Shown piece by piece: positions 35,403 through 45,312 of a stretch of 64,000 nt of DNA. The translations under genes and the position numbers were made by a program. Source of the stretch: an uncultured Solirubrobacterales bacterium (lineage in GTDB: Bacteria > Actinomycetota > Thermoleophilia > Solirubrobacterales > Solirubrobacteraceae). The notes beneath the pieces were generated by a model, which made no database searches, was not told the DNA's origin, and saw only the letters and a list, made by a program, of their open reading frames with translations. Numbering within the stretch: position 1 is the first letter of the stretch; each line of letters starts with the position of its first letter. The stretch is taken from the NCBI GenBank assembly GCA_963695325.1, contig OY968776.1, forward strand, positions 3,132,257 through 3,196,256, written 5' to 3'.

Positions 35403-36067
35403 TGCAGGCGGTAGCCGACGCCGTGCACGGTCGTGATCGCGGGCGCGCCGGGAATCGCTCGGAGCTTGCGGCGCAGGCGTGCGAGGTAGACGTCGATCGT
35501 GTTGTCGTGCACGACCGCTCCGTCGGGCCAGGCCGCGCGCATCAGGTCGCGGCGGCTGACGACGCGCTCGGCGCGAGTGGCAAGCGCGCCGAGCAGCCGG
35601 AACTCGGTCGGGGTGAGCCGGACGCTTCGCCCCCCGCCCGTGGCTTCGTGGGTCGTCGGATCGAGGGTCAGTCCGGCTGCGCTGACCGTGCCGTCGGACC
35701 CGGCCCGCTTGAGTTGCGCGCGCAAGCGTGCCGCGAGCTCCGCCAGCGCGAACGGCTTCGTCAGGTAGTCGTCGCCGCCAGCGCCGAAGCCGGCCAGGCG
35801 ATCGACGAGGGCGTCACGCGCCGTCAGGAACAGCACCGGCGACTGGATCCCGCGTGCCCGCAGTGCCTGGCAGAGATCGCGGCCGTCGGCATCCGGCAGC
35901 CCCACGTCGATGACGAGCGCGTCGGGCTCCTGCGCGGAGACCCGCTCCATCGCCTCTGCGCCGGTTCTGGCGCCGCTGACGGCGAAGCCCTCCTCCTCGA
36001 GGGAGCGTCTGAGGACGGCGCGCAACTCCTGGTCGTCCTCGACGAGCAGGATCAGCGGGGCGGGCAC
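35399..36067 (-). CDS. OmpR-family response regulator
   Basis: The receiver reads LILLVEDD...VIDVGLPDADG...LTARD. The wHTH reads LTPTEFRLLGAL...TIDVYLARLRRKL...VHGVGYRL. Confidence 0.9.
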   Translation of the reverse strand: MPAPLILLVEDDQELRAVLRRSLEEEGFAVSGARTGAEAMERVSAQEPDALVIDVGLPDADGRDLCQALRARGIQSPVLFLTARDALVDRLAGFGAGGDDYLTKPFALAELAARLRAQLKRAGSDGTVSAAGLTLDPTTHEATGGGRSVRLTPTEFRLLGALATRAERVVSRRDLMRAAWPDGAVVHDNTIDVYLARLRRKLRAIPGAPAITTVHGVGYRLQ

Positions 36068-36128
36068 GGGGTAAGTATCACTGAGGGGTCGAGGGCTCGT
36101 GTCGGCCTGGGCGGGGGTGGGGGCGTGT

Positions 36129-38834
36129 CTACTGCTCGCGCAGGATCTCTCCGAGCGCGAGGCGTCTGATCCCGTGCGTGGCGAGGGCGGTCGCGATCAC
36201 CGTGGCGAGGATCGCCGCCCCGGCCAGGCCGGCGAGGAACGCCCACGGGATCGCCAGCGCGTCGGGCGGGGGGTCGAAGACGTGCTGGAGGATTGCGACG
36301 AGCATCGCCGACAGCAGCCAGCCGAGGAAGATCGCGAGCGCGAGTCCGACGGTCAGCACGATCGCCGCCTCGGTCCACAGGAACGCCGAGATCTGCGACA
36401 GGGGGGCGCCGATGGCGGCCATCGTGGCGAACTCCTGCCGGCGCTCGGAGATGCCGAGCGCTACGAACAGGGCCATCGCAGCCGCAGCGAGGATGATCGC
36501 GAAGGTCTGCTCGATGTGGCTGATGCCCGTGAGGTCGACCGTCGTGATCGAGCTGCTCGTGCGTGCCCCCTGTGTGGTGATGTTTTCGACCTTGGTCCCG
36601 GCTGCGCTGGTTGCGAGGGCCACGCGGCGAGCGACGTCCGGTGGATAGCCGTTGACCTTGGCGAACACCACGTTGGGGCCGCCGGCGTGGGTCACCGAAT
36701 CTAAGTATCCGATGTTGGCGACCATGAACGAGTCCTTGGGCGCCGAGGGGAACTCCTGGACGATCCCGGCTACGTGGAACGGGACGACCTGGAAGCGCCC
36801 GGTCCGATCGTCGAGCACCCGCAGCCGCAGGAGGTCTCCGTTTTTCAGCGAGAAGTCGGTGATCGTCTCTTTGCTGACGAGGATCGCGTCGCTCCTCGAG
36901 CGCAGCCGTTCTAGCACCTGCTGAGCGGTGGAGCCGATGAAGTAGGAGTCACGCAGCGTGGTGGCCCTGGCGAATGAGGACGCGTCGATGCCGTAGGTGT
37001 CCTGGAGGTCCGGCCCGACGTACGCGTACGAGTGCTCGACCCCGGTCGTCGCGGTGACGCCGTGGACCGTGGCGATCTGTCGGGTGAGGTCGTGCGCGGA
37101 GGCGGCCCCGGGCGCCGCCGTCACGGTCACGTCGGCGCCGAGCGTGAGCTGCGCATCGACCGCGACCTGCTGGTTGTAGGTGGCGGAGAAGATCCCCAGG
37201 TTCACCCCGAAGGCCAGCAGCAGCCCGACGACCACGAGACCGCGGTTGATCGCCGCGCCGCGGCGTCCCGCGCTGACGAGCAGGAAGGCCGACCGCGACG
37301 CGGCCCGGCCGCCGACGGCGCGGGCGAGGATCCAGGAGAGGGCTCGCCCGCGCAGCCGGACGAGCAGTAGCGTCGCCCCGATCCACAGCAGGGCCGGGGC
37401 GAAGAACATGTAGACCGACAGGGAGAGGGTGGGGTTCGAGTCGGGGTTCACCACCGCCGAGAAGCCCGTGCTGACCGTCAGCCAGTAGATCAGGCCGCTG
37501 ACCGCGAGGCAGGCGAGGTCGAGGTACAGGCGCTGCCACAGCGGGCGCCCCTCGCGACGCGTCCCCCTGCGACCCGTGGCGACGCTCGTCCGTAGGGAGG
37601 ACACGCTGGCGCCGACCCGTGCCGCGCCGGCCCCGGCGGTTGCCAGCAGCACGCAGATCGCGCCGATCGCCAGCACCCGTCCGGTGCTCGCGTGCGTTCC
37701 GCCGGTCACGAGGGCCGAGACCGCGCCGAACGCGGCGGCGGTGCCCAGCAGCCCGGCGGTCAGCCCCAGGATCGCGCTCTCCACGCTCGCCAGCACCAGC
37801 AGATCCCGGCGCCGGGCGCCGCGTGCACGCAGCAGCGAGAGGTCGCGGCGATCGCGCTCGACGCTGCCGAGAGCCGCCAGGTAGGCGAGTCCGAGCGCGA
37901 TCAGCGCGCCCGGCACGGCCAGCATGATGTACAGCGTCTCGGCGTAGAGCGCGTCGCCCGCCGCGGTGTTGAGCGAGTCGGACAGGTTGTCGACGAACTG
38001 GATCCGCCCGGGAAACGTGCGCTCTAGCCGGTTGCGGGTCTGCGTGGCGTGTTCGAGGGCCTGGCTCGGGCTGCCCCCGCTCAGGGCCACCGGGTCGAGT
38101 TGGGTCTGCACCTGCCACTGCACGCCCGTCTGCGCCCCCGGCTGGACGTTGGCGCCCGTGCTTGCGACGCCGATGCTCGTGAGCCCGTGCGCGTAGGTAG
38201 ACGCGAACGTGTCCAGTGGCATGATCGCTACGTTCGCCGGAGGCTGCGCGGGAGCCGGGCCGAGCTGAGGGTTCAACGGCTGGAACAGCTTGTCGGACGA
38301 CGCGACCAGCGCCACACCGGAGACGGGATACGTGCGCGGGGGACCGCCGCCTGGCGGGCTGAGGCTCACGCGGTCGCCGAGATGCGCCTGGAGCGTCGCC
38401 GCCATCTGCTGGTCGAGCACGATCGCTCCAGGGCGCAACGCGCCCTGAAGCAGGCGATAGGTGTGCAGGTGGGTCGCGTAGTCCAGTGGTACGGCGAGGA
38501 CCGCGCCAGGGCCCGAGTTGGTGCGTCCGTTCGGATCGCTGTGTTCGGCGCCGGCGAGAGGCGCGGTCGCGGCCGCCGATGCCTGCAGCACTCCCTTCTG
38601 TCCGCCCACTTCGCGCGCCAGCGCGCGGGCCTCGTGATAAGAGGCGACGGGCCCCTGAAGGTCGAGCGGTACTTCCCGAACGGCGCTTCCGGCGACGGTT
38701 CGCAGCGAGTTGCCGACGAACAGCAGCATCCCTCCGAGCAGGGCGACCGACGCTGCCAGCACCAAGACCCTGATCAGCGAGCGGCCGGGAGCGCGAAGCA
38801 GCCAGGAGACCGCGAGGCGTACGGCGCTCGTCAT
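36129..38834 (-). CDS. ABC transporter permease with duplicated FtsX/MacB-type domains (901 aa)
   Basis: The topology and size fit a double FtsX permease. The start overlaps the upstream ATPase gene as ATGA. Confidence 0.8.
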   Translation of the reverse strand: MTSAVRLAVSWLLRAPGRSLIRVLVLAASVALLGGMLLFVGNSLRTVAGSAVREVPLDLQGPVASYHEARALAREVGGQKGVLQASAAATAPLAGAEHSDPNGRTNSGPGAVLAVPLDYATHLHTYRLLQGALRPGAIVLDQQMAATLQAHLGDRVSLSPPGGGPPRTYPVSGVALVASSDKLFQPLNPQLGPAPAQPPANVAIMPLDTFASTYAHGLTSIGVASTGANVQPGAQTGVQWQVQTQLDPVALSGGSPSQALEHATQTRNRLERTFPGRIQFVDNLSDSLNTAAGDALYAETLYIMLAVPGALIALGLAYLAALGSVERDRRDLSLLRARGARRRDLLVLASVESAILGLTAGLLGTAAAFGAVSALVTGGTHASTGRVLAIGAICVLLATAGAGAARVGASVSSLRTSVATGRRGTRREGRPLWQRLYLDLACLAVSGLIYWLTVSTGFSAVVNPDSNPTLSLSVYMFFAPALLWIGATLLLVRLRGRALSWILARAVGGRAASRSAFLLVSAGRRGAAINRGLVVVGLLLAFGVNLGIFSATYNQQVAVDAQLTLGADVTVTAAPGAASAHDLTRQIATVHGVTATTGVEHSYAYVGPDLQDTYGIDASSFARATTLRDSYFIGSTAQQVLERLRSRSDAILVSKETITDFSLKNGDLLRLRVLDDRTGRFQVVPFHVAGIVQEFPSAPKDSFMVANIGYLDSVTHAGGPNVVFAKVNGYPPDVARRVALATSAAGTKVENITTQGARTSSSITTVDLTGISHIEQTFAIILAAAAMALFVALGISERRQEFATMAAIGAPLSQISAFLWTEAAIVLTVGLALAIFLGWLLSAMLVAILQHVFDPPPDALAIPWAFLAGLAGAAILATVIATALATHGIRRLALGEILREQ

Positions 38835-39556
38835 CGGCTCGCCCTTCCCACGACGCGTCCATCGGCGAGCTCGACCACCCGCCCGGCGCGCGCGGCGACG
38901 CCGGCGTCGTGGGTTGCGATCACCAGGGAGAAGGAGAACTCCGCCTGGAGAGCATCGATCAGGTCGAGGACGCGCTCGGCCGTGTCGGAGTCCAGGTGGC
39001 CCGTGGGCTCGTCACAGAGGAGCAACTCCGGGCTCTGGGCGAGCGCCCGCGCGATCGCAACCCGTTGCGCCTCGCCGCCCGACAGCTCGCTCGGCAGCGA
39101 GTCGAGCTTCGCCGAGAGCCCGACGACCTCGAGCAGTTCCTCGGGCGAGTAGTCGCCTCCCGCCGAGGTCAACGCATCCGACTGGGCGCGAACCTCGCGG
39201 GCGAAGGCCACGTTCTCGAATGCCGAGAAGTGGCTCAGCAGGTTGGACCCCTGGAAGACGTACGCGATCCCGCGGGCGCGGGCGCGCCCGCGGGCGGCGT
39301 CGTCGAGCGAGGAGGGCTCCTGCCCGTTCCAGCTCACGCGACCGGTGCTCGGGACGACGAGCCCCCCGAGCACGTGCAGCAGTGTCGTCTTTCCCGAGCC
39401 GGACCGTCCCCAGAGAGCCAGCCGCTCCTGCGGGGAAACCTCGAGATCGACGCCGTCGAGTGCGGCGACGTGTGCCTCTCCCTCACCGTAGGAGACGCTC
39501 ACCCCCTCGCAGGCGAGCAACGACGGCGGGGCCGTGACCGCGTCGGCGCTGCTCAC
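38831..39556 (-). CDS. ABC transporter ATP-binding protein
   Basis: Walker A is GRSGSGKTTL, the signature is LSGGEAQRVAIARAL and Walker B is LLLCDEPTGHLD. The start is trimmed to GTG 39556, giving a GTGA overlap with the upstream stop. Confidence 0.9.
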   Translation of the reverse strand: MSSADAVTAPPSLLACEGVSVSYGEGEAHVAALDGVDLEVSPQERLALWGRSGSGKTTLLHVLGGLVVPSTGRVSWNGQEPSSLDDAARGRARARGIAYVFQGSNLLSHFSAFENVAFAREVRAQSDALTSAGGDYSPEELLEVVGLSAKLDSLPSELSGGEAQRVAIARALAQSPELLLCDEPTGHLDSDTAERVLDLIDALQAEFSFSLVIATHDAGVAARAGRVVELADGRVVGRASR

Positions 39557-40272
39557 GCCAGGGCCTTTCCGTCGCACAACTCGATCACGCGCTGGGCACG
39601 AGCGGCCACGCGCTCGGAGTGGGTGACGACCACGACGGTGCTCTCGTAGCGACGGCACAGCGTCTCCAGGGCCTCGAGCACGATCTCCTCGTTGTGCTGG
39701 TCAAGCTCCCCGGTCGGCTCGTCGGCCAGCACAAGACGCGCTCGCCGGGCCGCAGCCGCCGCGATCGCCACGCGCTGCTGCTCGCCGCCCGACAGCGCCG
39801 CCGCCCGGTGCGATCCGCGCTCGCCGAGGCCGAACGCCGCGAGGCTCCGCGCCGCGGCGCCCTCGGCGTCCTCGCGGCCAGCTAGCCGCAGCGAGATCGC
39901 GACGTTCTCCTGGGCGGACAGGGCCGGCCACAGGTTCTCGCTCTGGAACACGATCGCCAGGTCGCGCGCCCTGTAGGCGGCGAGCTCGGCCTCCTCCAGT
40001 CGCCCGAGCGATCGGCCCCACACACGAAGCTCGCCTGCCGAGGGCTCATCCAGTCCCGCGGCCAGCGAGAGAAGGGTGCTCTTGCCGCAGCCCGAGGGCC
40101 CCAGGACGGCGACCAGCTCCCCCGGCTCGACCTTCAGGTCCAGGCCGCGCAGCGCCACGGTCTCGACCGATCCGGAGCGATAGATCTTGAAGACGTCGTG
40201 GCACTCGAGCGCTCCCCAGCGGACCTCATCGGCGCCCTCTGCGGGCTCGACGTAGAGGCTCCTCAGAGCCAC
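39553..40272 (-). CDS. ABC transporter ATP-binding protein (second copy)
   Basis: GPSGCGKSTL, LSGGEQQRVAIAAAAA and LVLADEPTGELD are present. Confidence 0.9.
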   Translation of the reverse strand: MALRSLYVEPAEGADEVRWGALECHDVFKIYRSGSVETVALRGLDLKVEPGELVAVLGPSGCGKSTLLSLAAGLDEPSAGELRVWGRSLGRLEEAELAAYRARDLAIVFQSENLWPALSAQENVAISLRLAGREDAEGAAARSLAAFGLGERGSHRAAALSGGEQQRVAIAAAAARRARLVLADEPTGELDQHNEEIVLEALETLCRRYESTVVVVTHSERVAARAQRVIELCDGKALA

Positions 40273-40889
40273 TTGAAACTTTCGACCATCCGCCTATAGG
40301 CGTCCACGTTGTCAACGCCGACCGGTGTGCCCAGATCGACCACGGCAACGCGCCCGCCGTGCGCCAGCACATAGCGGTCGACCATGAGCGTCACCTGCTT
40401 GCCCGTCACCGGGTTCGGCGCGCTCTGCGTCGTGTATGTCACCTTGACGGCCGATCCGCTCTTCAGCGTTATCGCATGAGCGTTGTTAGCTTTCAGCCCA
40501 GGCGTGGATCGCTCCATCATTGCCAGCTGCGACTGCACGCTCGCCGTCGTCGCCGCGGCTCCTCGCGAGACGACGATCCGCACGACGTTGTTCTTGTCCG
40601 CGATCGACACGCGGTTCGCGGATTCCCGCACTGTCCAGCCCTCCGGGTAGAGCATCGAGACATGCACCCGCGGTGCGCTCAGGGTCAGGAAGTTCTGGGT
40701 GTCGGGGATGTCGCCGGTCGCGGCGGACTTGGCGTCGGCGGACAGCGCCGCAGCGCTTTCCGGAGCCGGTTCGCCGGCTGAGCTCGAGGAGCTTGCGGTG
40801 CCTGAGCTGCCACCGCAGCCGGAGGCCGCGAGGACGAAGGCGAAGGCAATCAGCAGCAGCGGTGGCGTTCGTGTGAGTATGCGTGCCAG
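40263..40889 (-). CDS. Lipoprotein; signal peptide is in frame but lacks an ATG/GTG/TTG start (candidate CTG at 40889-40887)
   Basis: Track ORF 40263-40667 starts at an internal GTG. The same frame stays open upstream and encodes (L)ARILTRTPPLLLLIAFAFVLAASGCGGSSG, which has a classic lipobox. GGAGG lies about 22 nt upstream of the CTG. Confidence 0.55.
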   Translation of the reverse strand: MARILTRTPPLLLIAFAFVLAASGCGGSSGTASSSSSAGEPAPESAAALSADAKSAATGDIPDTQNFLTLSAPRVHVSMLYPEGWTVRESANRVSIADKNNVVRIVVSRGAAATTASVQSQLAMMERSTPGLKANNAHAITLKSGSAVKVTYTTQSAPNPVTGKQVTLMVDRYVLAHGGRVAVVDLGTPVGVDNVDAYRRMVESFKWL

Positions 40890-41005
40890 ACTGCCACGGG
40901 AGACCTGAACGCCTCCTGAATGATGATGAAAGCGGTCGGCGAGCGCGGCCGGGCCTCCGGCGCGGCGTTCAGGAATCGTTCAGGTGATCCGGAGAGGATC
41001 TCGCC

Positions 41006-42004
41006 GTGTCGTACAACCTAAAGCGTCTCGTCCCGCCGATCGCCATTGCGCTGCTCGCCGCGTCAGGCTGTGGGGGCGCCCGCGCCCCGGCACGGAGCTC
41101 CCGGCCCACCGGTCCACAGGGGGGCTCGAGCACCGCGACGGGCCACGCGACCGCGGCACTGCGCCTCGCTAAGGTCACCAGGCTGCCGGCCGCAGTTCAG
41201 CTGCCGGCAGTAGCGCCCGCCGCGAGGGGCACAGTTGCCCTCGGCGGCTTGAGTGCAACCGATACCTCTGTCCCAAGAACACTATTCATCGGCACTGAGG
41301 GCGCGCACGAAGGCAAGCCGCTTCCCGTCGCGGTGCACGATGCCGCCGCAGCCAACATCAACGGGCACGTATACCTTTTCGGCGGTGGGAGCGCGACCTC
41401 TGCGAGCGCGGCGATCCTGCGCGTTGCGCCCGACGCCAGTAGCGTTGTCGGCCAGCTACCCGTCGGCGCCTCAGACGTCGAGGCCGCCACGATCGGGCAC
41501 ACCGCCTACATCGTTGGGGGCTACACCGAGACGGTCCCGCTTCGCACGATCGTGGCGTTCACCCCGGGTCACGGCACGCGTATCGCCGGGATGATGCCGC
41601 GTCCGCTGCGCTACGCGGCGGTCGCCGCGGTCGGCGGCCGTCTGCTGATCGCGGGGGGCACCTCGGGCGTCACGGCCCGGCGCGAGATCCTCCTCTTCGA
41701 TCCTGCCACGGGGAGCATCCGTCTGCTCGGACGGCTGCCGCATCCCCTCACCCATGCGGCAGGCGCGTCGCTAAACGGCCGCTTCTACGTTCTCGGAGGC
41801 CGCGGCGAGAGCCTCACCGGACAGAGCTCGGCGATCCTCGAGGTCGATCCCCTCGACGGCTCCGTACGCCCCGCCGGGCGTCTGCCGCAAGCGCTATCCG
41901 ACCTGGGCGCCGCCTCGCTGGCGGGGCGCATCGTCCTCGTCGGCGGGCGCGACCCGAGCGGGACCGTCCACGACCAGGCCCTCACGCTAGTGCCCGCCCG
42001 GTGA
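41006..42004 (+). CDS. Kelch-repeat beta-propeller lipoprotein
   Basis: The lipobox is LLAASGCGG. Repeated blocks (G.VYLFGG, AYIVGG, LLIAGG, FYVLGG, IVLVGG) fit Kelch blades. Confidence 0.75.
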   Translation: MSYNLKRLVPPIAIALLAASGCGGARAPARSSRPTGPQGGSSTATGHATAALRLAKVTRLPAAVQLPAVAPAARGTVALGGLSATDTSVPRTLFIGTEGAHEGKPLPVAVHDAAAANINGHVYLFGGGSATSASAAILRVAPDASSVVGQLPVGASDVEAATIGHTAYIVGGYTETVPLRTIVAFTPGHGTRIAGMMPRPLRYAAVAAVGGRLLIAGGTSGVTARREILLFDPATGSIRLLGRLPHPLTHAAGASLNGRFYVLGGRGESLTGQSSAILEVDPLDGSVRPAGRLPQALSDLGAASLAGRIVLVGGRDPSGTVHDQALTLVPAR

Positions 42005-42545
42005 GCCCACGCGCAGCAAGACGCCTCGCCGCGATGCTCGCGATCGCTCTCGGGCTCGGCGGGTGCGGCGGCGGCTCGAGCACGAGCGGCCATCGCCCGA
42101 CCCCGAGCCCGATCGGCGCGACGCACGTCGGCACCGCCCCGAGCGTGCCCGTCGCCGGCAGCATTCCGGCGCCGCTAGACCCGAACAACGTCTACGCGGC
42201 CGAGCGCCCGGGGCTGCTGAGCCCCGCGGTGCGTAGCGATCCCGCGCTCGTCTACGTCCCCAACAGCGCCTCGAACACGGTCAACGTCATCTCGCAGAAA
42301 ACGTTCAAGATCGTCAGGCAGTTCCCAGTCGGCGCGCTTCCTCAGCACGTCACCCCCTCATGGGATCTGCGCACGCTGTATGTGACCAACGATGCGGGCA
42401 ACAGCCTCACCCCGATCGATCCCCGCACCGGCCGCCCCGGGCAGCCGATACCGGTGCTCGACCCGTACAACATGTATTTCACCGCCGACGGTCGCTGGGC
42501 GATCATCGTCGCCGAGGCGCGCCGCGAGCTGGACTTCCGAGCGGC
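42001..42545 (+). pseudogene. YVTN-family beta-propeller lipoprotein, 3'-truncated at about 42540-42560
   Basis: The lipobox is LGLGGCGG. LVYVPNSASNTVNVISQKTFKIV and LYVTNDAGNSLTPIDPRTG fit YVTN repeats. After AEARRELDFR the reading becomes the antisense of a recombinase gene. Confidence 0.65.
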
Positions 42546-42547
42546 AC

Positions 42548-42912
42548 AACCGCAGCGAGCGGGTCGCGGCCATCAGCGCGAGGATCTCCTTCTCCGAGTA
42601 AAGGTATGGGACTGCCCGGTGAACACGATCCGGGAATAGATCGGCGGGCGGAACCTCGTGCATGGGGTCGAGCGCGTGCAAGTAGCTGGCGAAACCGCGC
42701 ACGGCCGACATTCGAAATGCCCACCAGTGCCCACTCCCCGTCGCCGGCAACGTGACCCAGCTGGTGGCGTTCTCGACCGTCACGCACTCCTCCCCGAGCT
42801 GGTCGAGATGATCCAGGAACTGGCCCAGCAGCTTCTCAGCGCGCTCGAGCTTGTAGCCAAGCGCCCGGCGGATCTTCAGATAATCAATGAGTGCCTGGCG
42901 CAGCGGGCTCAT
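42548..42912 (-). pseudogene. Second tyrosine recombinase of a RIT-like array, N-terminal ~120 aa only
   Basis: MSPLRQALIDYLKIRRALGYKLERAEKLLGQFLDHL...VPYLYSEKEILALMAATRSLR is sensible. The start overlaps the upstream recombinase stop as ATGA. The catalytic domain is absent. Confidence 0.6.
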
Positions 42913-44116
42913 GCCGCACACCCTGGCCACGGTCGCGCGAGCTCACGCAGACGGCTGCGGTCGACCTTGGCGTAGATCGCGGTCGATAGCTCGCTGCGAT
43001 GACGCAGAAGCTGGCCGATCTCGGAAAGCGGCGCGCCTCTGCGCAACAGCTCGCTCGCCGCGGTGTGCCTGAGCCGATGGGCTGTGACCTCTCCAACGCC
43101 GGCGCGTTTGCTGGCAGACACAACCACCTGGGTGACCCCACTGGCAGTCATCGCGTGATGCGGTGCGTTCACGCGCACGAACGCCGACCGACCCTCTGCA
43201 TCGGCCGGACGGCCGTGGCAAAGATAACGGGCGAGCGCCTCGCCGACATCGACCGGCAGCGGCAGCCGCTCGACCCGTTTTCTCTTCCCGCGAACCATGA
43301 TCTCTCCTGCTCGCCAGTCGATGTCCTCAAGCCGCAAGACGGCGACCTCCCCGCGGCGCATCCCCAGCCGCACCAGCATCAGCAGGATCGCGAAGTCACG
43401 GCACCCAACAGCCATGCGCCGATCACAGCTAGCCAGCAGCGCACGGACCTCCTCAGCGTCGAGCCCGCGTGGCAGCGCTGACAGCCGCCAGAACGCAAAC
43501 GACGGCACCACATGCGCAAGCGGACGGGCGGTCAGCCCCTCGACATGCAGATACCGAAGCAGCGAACGCAACGCGCTCACCATCAGCTTTGCTTGCCGAC
43601 GCGGTCGCCGCTCACACCCCGACAACACGAAGCTGAGCACCTCACTCGGCGTCAGACCAGCGAAATCCAGCACACCGCCGTCGCAGCGAGAGACGACGAA
43701 CGGCCGCACGAGGTCGACATAGCCCCGCGCAGTCCCCGCCACCAGCCCCCGCTCGACGAGCAGATAATCGCGGTAGCGCTCCAGCAACAGCTCGACCGCC
43801 GACGGCACCGGCCGATCCGCCGGCAGCACGACACCCAGCCGACGCAAATACCCCAATAGCGGCCAAGACCCTTCGACGAAGTGTGGTCCCTATAGCCAGC
43901 CGCACGGCGATCAGCCAAGAACCGCTCCGCCTCCACCGAGGACAAGCCATCCGGCAACAGGCCGGCCTCCTCAAGCCATCGGCTCAAATGCCCCATCAAC
44001 CGCAGCTGAAACGCAGCCGACTGCCGCTTATACCCCACCCCAACCAGCTCTGCCAGGAAGCCCTGCGCGTAACGCTCAAGCGATCCGGACACCCGAACCG
44101 GCGACGGATCCAACAT
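42909..44116 (-). pseudogene. Tyrosine recombinase (XerC/D-like, RIT first-gene-like), frameshifted near 43868-43882
   Basis: ORF 43652-44116 reads MLDPSPVRVSGSLERYAQGFLAEL...HTSSKGLG. ORF 42909-43856 reads (LL)GYLRRLGVVLP...HRLRHTAASELLRRGAPLSEIGQLLRHRSELSTAIYAKV. The two join with a 1-nt shift. Confidence 0.75.
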
Positions 44117-44167
44117 CGAACGCCTCCTCTCGTAATGGAGAGGAGAGCGTCGATCAGCCCCGTCAGA

Positions 44168-44249
44168 TTATGCCGACCCTCAAGCAGCCAATCCCGCTAT
44201 TTGCGGCCACTTCCCAACCCGGGTCGGCATAACGGGCAGGTCGGCATAG
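44168..44249. repeat. Perfect 12-bp inverted repeat TTATGCCGACCC / GGGTCGGCATAA (44168-44179, 44221-44232) plus a third GGTCGGCATA copy (44240-44249)
   Basis: The repeats are read directly. They lie between the recombinase start (44116) and the point where IS256 transposase homology stops (about 44250). This is a candidate terminal repeat region of the recombinase element. Confidence 0.5.
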
Positions 44250-45086
44250 TGAATCACACAGGCTTGGACGGTCGCGAGCTCCCATGTCGTCGTGATCGCC
44301 TCCGGGAGGCCCTTCAGGCCGTCGCAGACCGCGATGCACACGTCCTGCACACCGCGGTTCTTGATCTCCGTGAAGACGCTCAGCCAGAACTTCGCGCCCT
44401 CACCGCCGTCACCGGCCCAGAGCCCGAGGATGTCCCGCTCGCCGTCGACGGTCACGCCGATCACGACGTAGACCGGCTTGTTAGCGACCTGCCCGTCACG
44501 GACCTTGACGACCATCGCGTCGATGACGATCACCGGGTAGACCTTCTCCAACGGCCTGTGCAGCCACTCCGTCATCTCACCGACCACCTTGTCCGTGATC
44601 CGGCTGACCGTGTCCTTGCTGATTTTCGCGCCATAGACCTCCCCGAAGTGCGCCGCGATCTCCCCGGTCGTCAGCCCGCGTGCGGTCAGCAAGAGCACGA
44701 TCTCATCAACCCCCGTCAATCGGCGCTGGCGCTTCTTGACGATCTGCGGCTGGAACGTCAACTCTGTGTCCCTGGGGCCCTCGATCTCAACCGGGCCGAT
44801 CTCCGTCCGCACCGTCTTGACACGCGTCGCGTTGCGGCTGTTGCCGCCGCCCCGCCCTGTCGGGTCGTGCTTCTCCTATCCCACGTGCTCGCTCACCTCC
44901 GCATCCAGCGCCGTCTCGAGCACGTTCTTGGTCAGCTGGCCCAACAGGGCCAACCAGCTCGATGTTCTGCTCCTTCGCCTGCACCAACAACTGCTCAGCA
45001 AGCTCCTTCTGATCGACCGAATCTACGCTCATGAGCGCGATCATCTCGCCCGCATCGGTCAACTCCGCCAGCTCCGTCATGGTCAT
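44250..45086 (-). mobile_element. IS256-family transposase gene remnant (frameshift about 44930-44945, in-frame TAG at 44876-44878, 3' end missing)
   Basis: I read MTMTELAELTDAGEMIALMSVDSVDQKELAEQLLVQAKEQNIELVGP, then (shifted) LLGQLTKNVLETALDAEVSEHVG*EKHDPTGRGGGNSRNATRVKTVRTEIGPVEIEGPRD. It continues ...LTARGLTTGEIAAHFGEVYGAKISKDTVSRITDKV...VCDGLKGLPEAI...VQACVIH. Homology ends there. Confidence 0.85.
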
Positions 45087-45312
45087 CCCCTTCAGTCAGA
45101 CCAAGCACTTCCACCGTTCGCCGAACACTCCCAATCCACGCTGCAAGTTTGGCGCGCTATGAGCCGTTTGGTTCGGATATGGGAGTCGGGCTGCCAGAAC
45201 TTTCCGATTCCGCTAAGTTCTGCGTGGGGGATATGACAATGACCGACAAGCGCCGGCTGATGCGCGTCAATGGCCTGGGCCACTGGCTTGCCGCGACGAT
45301 AACGGAGGAACT

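Noticed and set aside
36949-38862. 637-aa alternative-frame ORF inside the FtsX permease gene
   Set aside because: The sequence is Arg/Gly/Pro-rich nonsense. The 901-aa frame has coherent TM topology and ATGA coupling to the ATPase gene.
34014-40272. Two-component system plus MacB-type ABC exporter as something unusual
   Set aside because: This is a common actinobacterial peptide/antibiotic-efflux-type arrangement with standard motifs and coupling. Only the start-codon problem of the leading lipoprotein gene is reported.
44787-45086. Programmed ribosomal frameshift in the IS256-family transposase
   Set aside because: IS256-family transposases are single-ORF enzymes. The gene also has an in-frame TAG and lacks its 3' end, so it is decayed rather than recoded.
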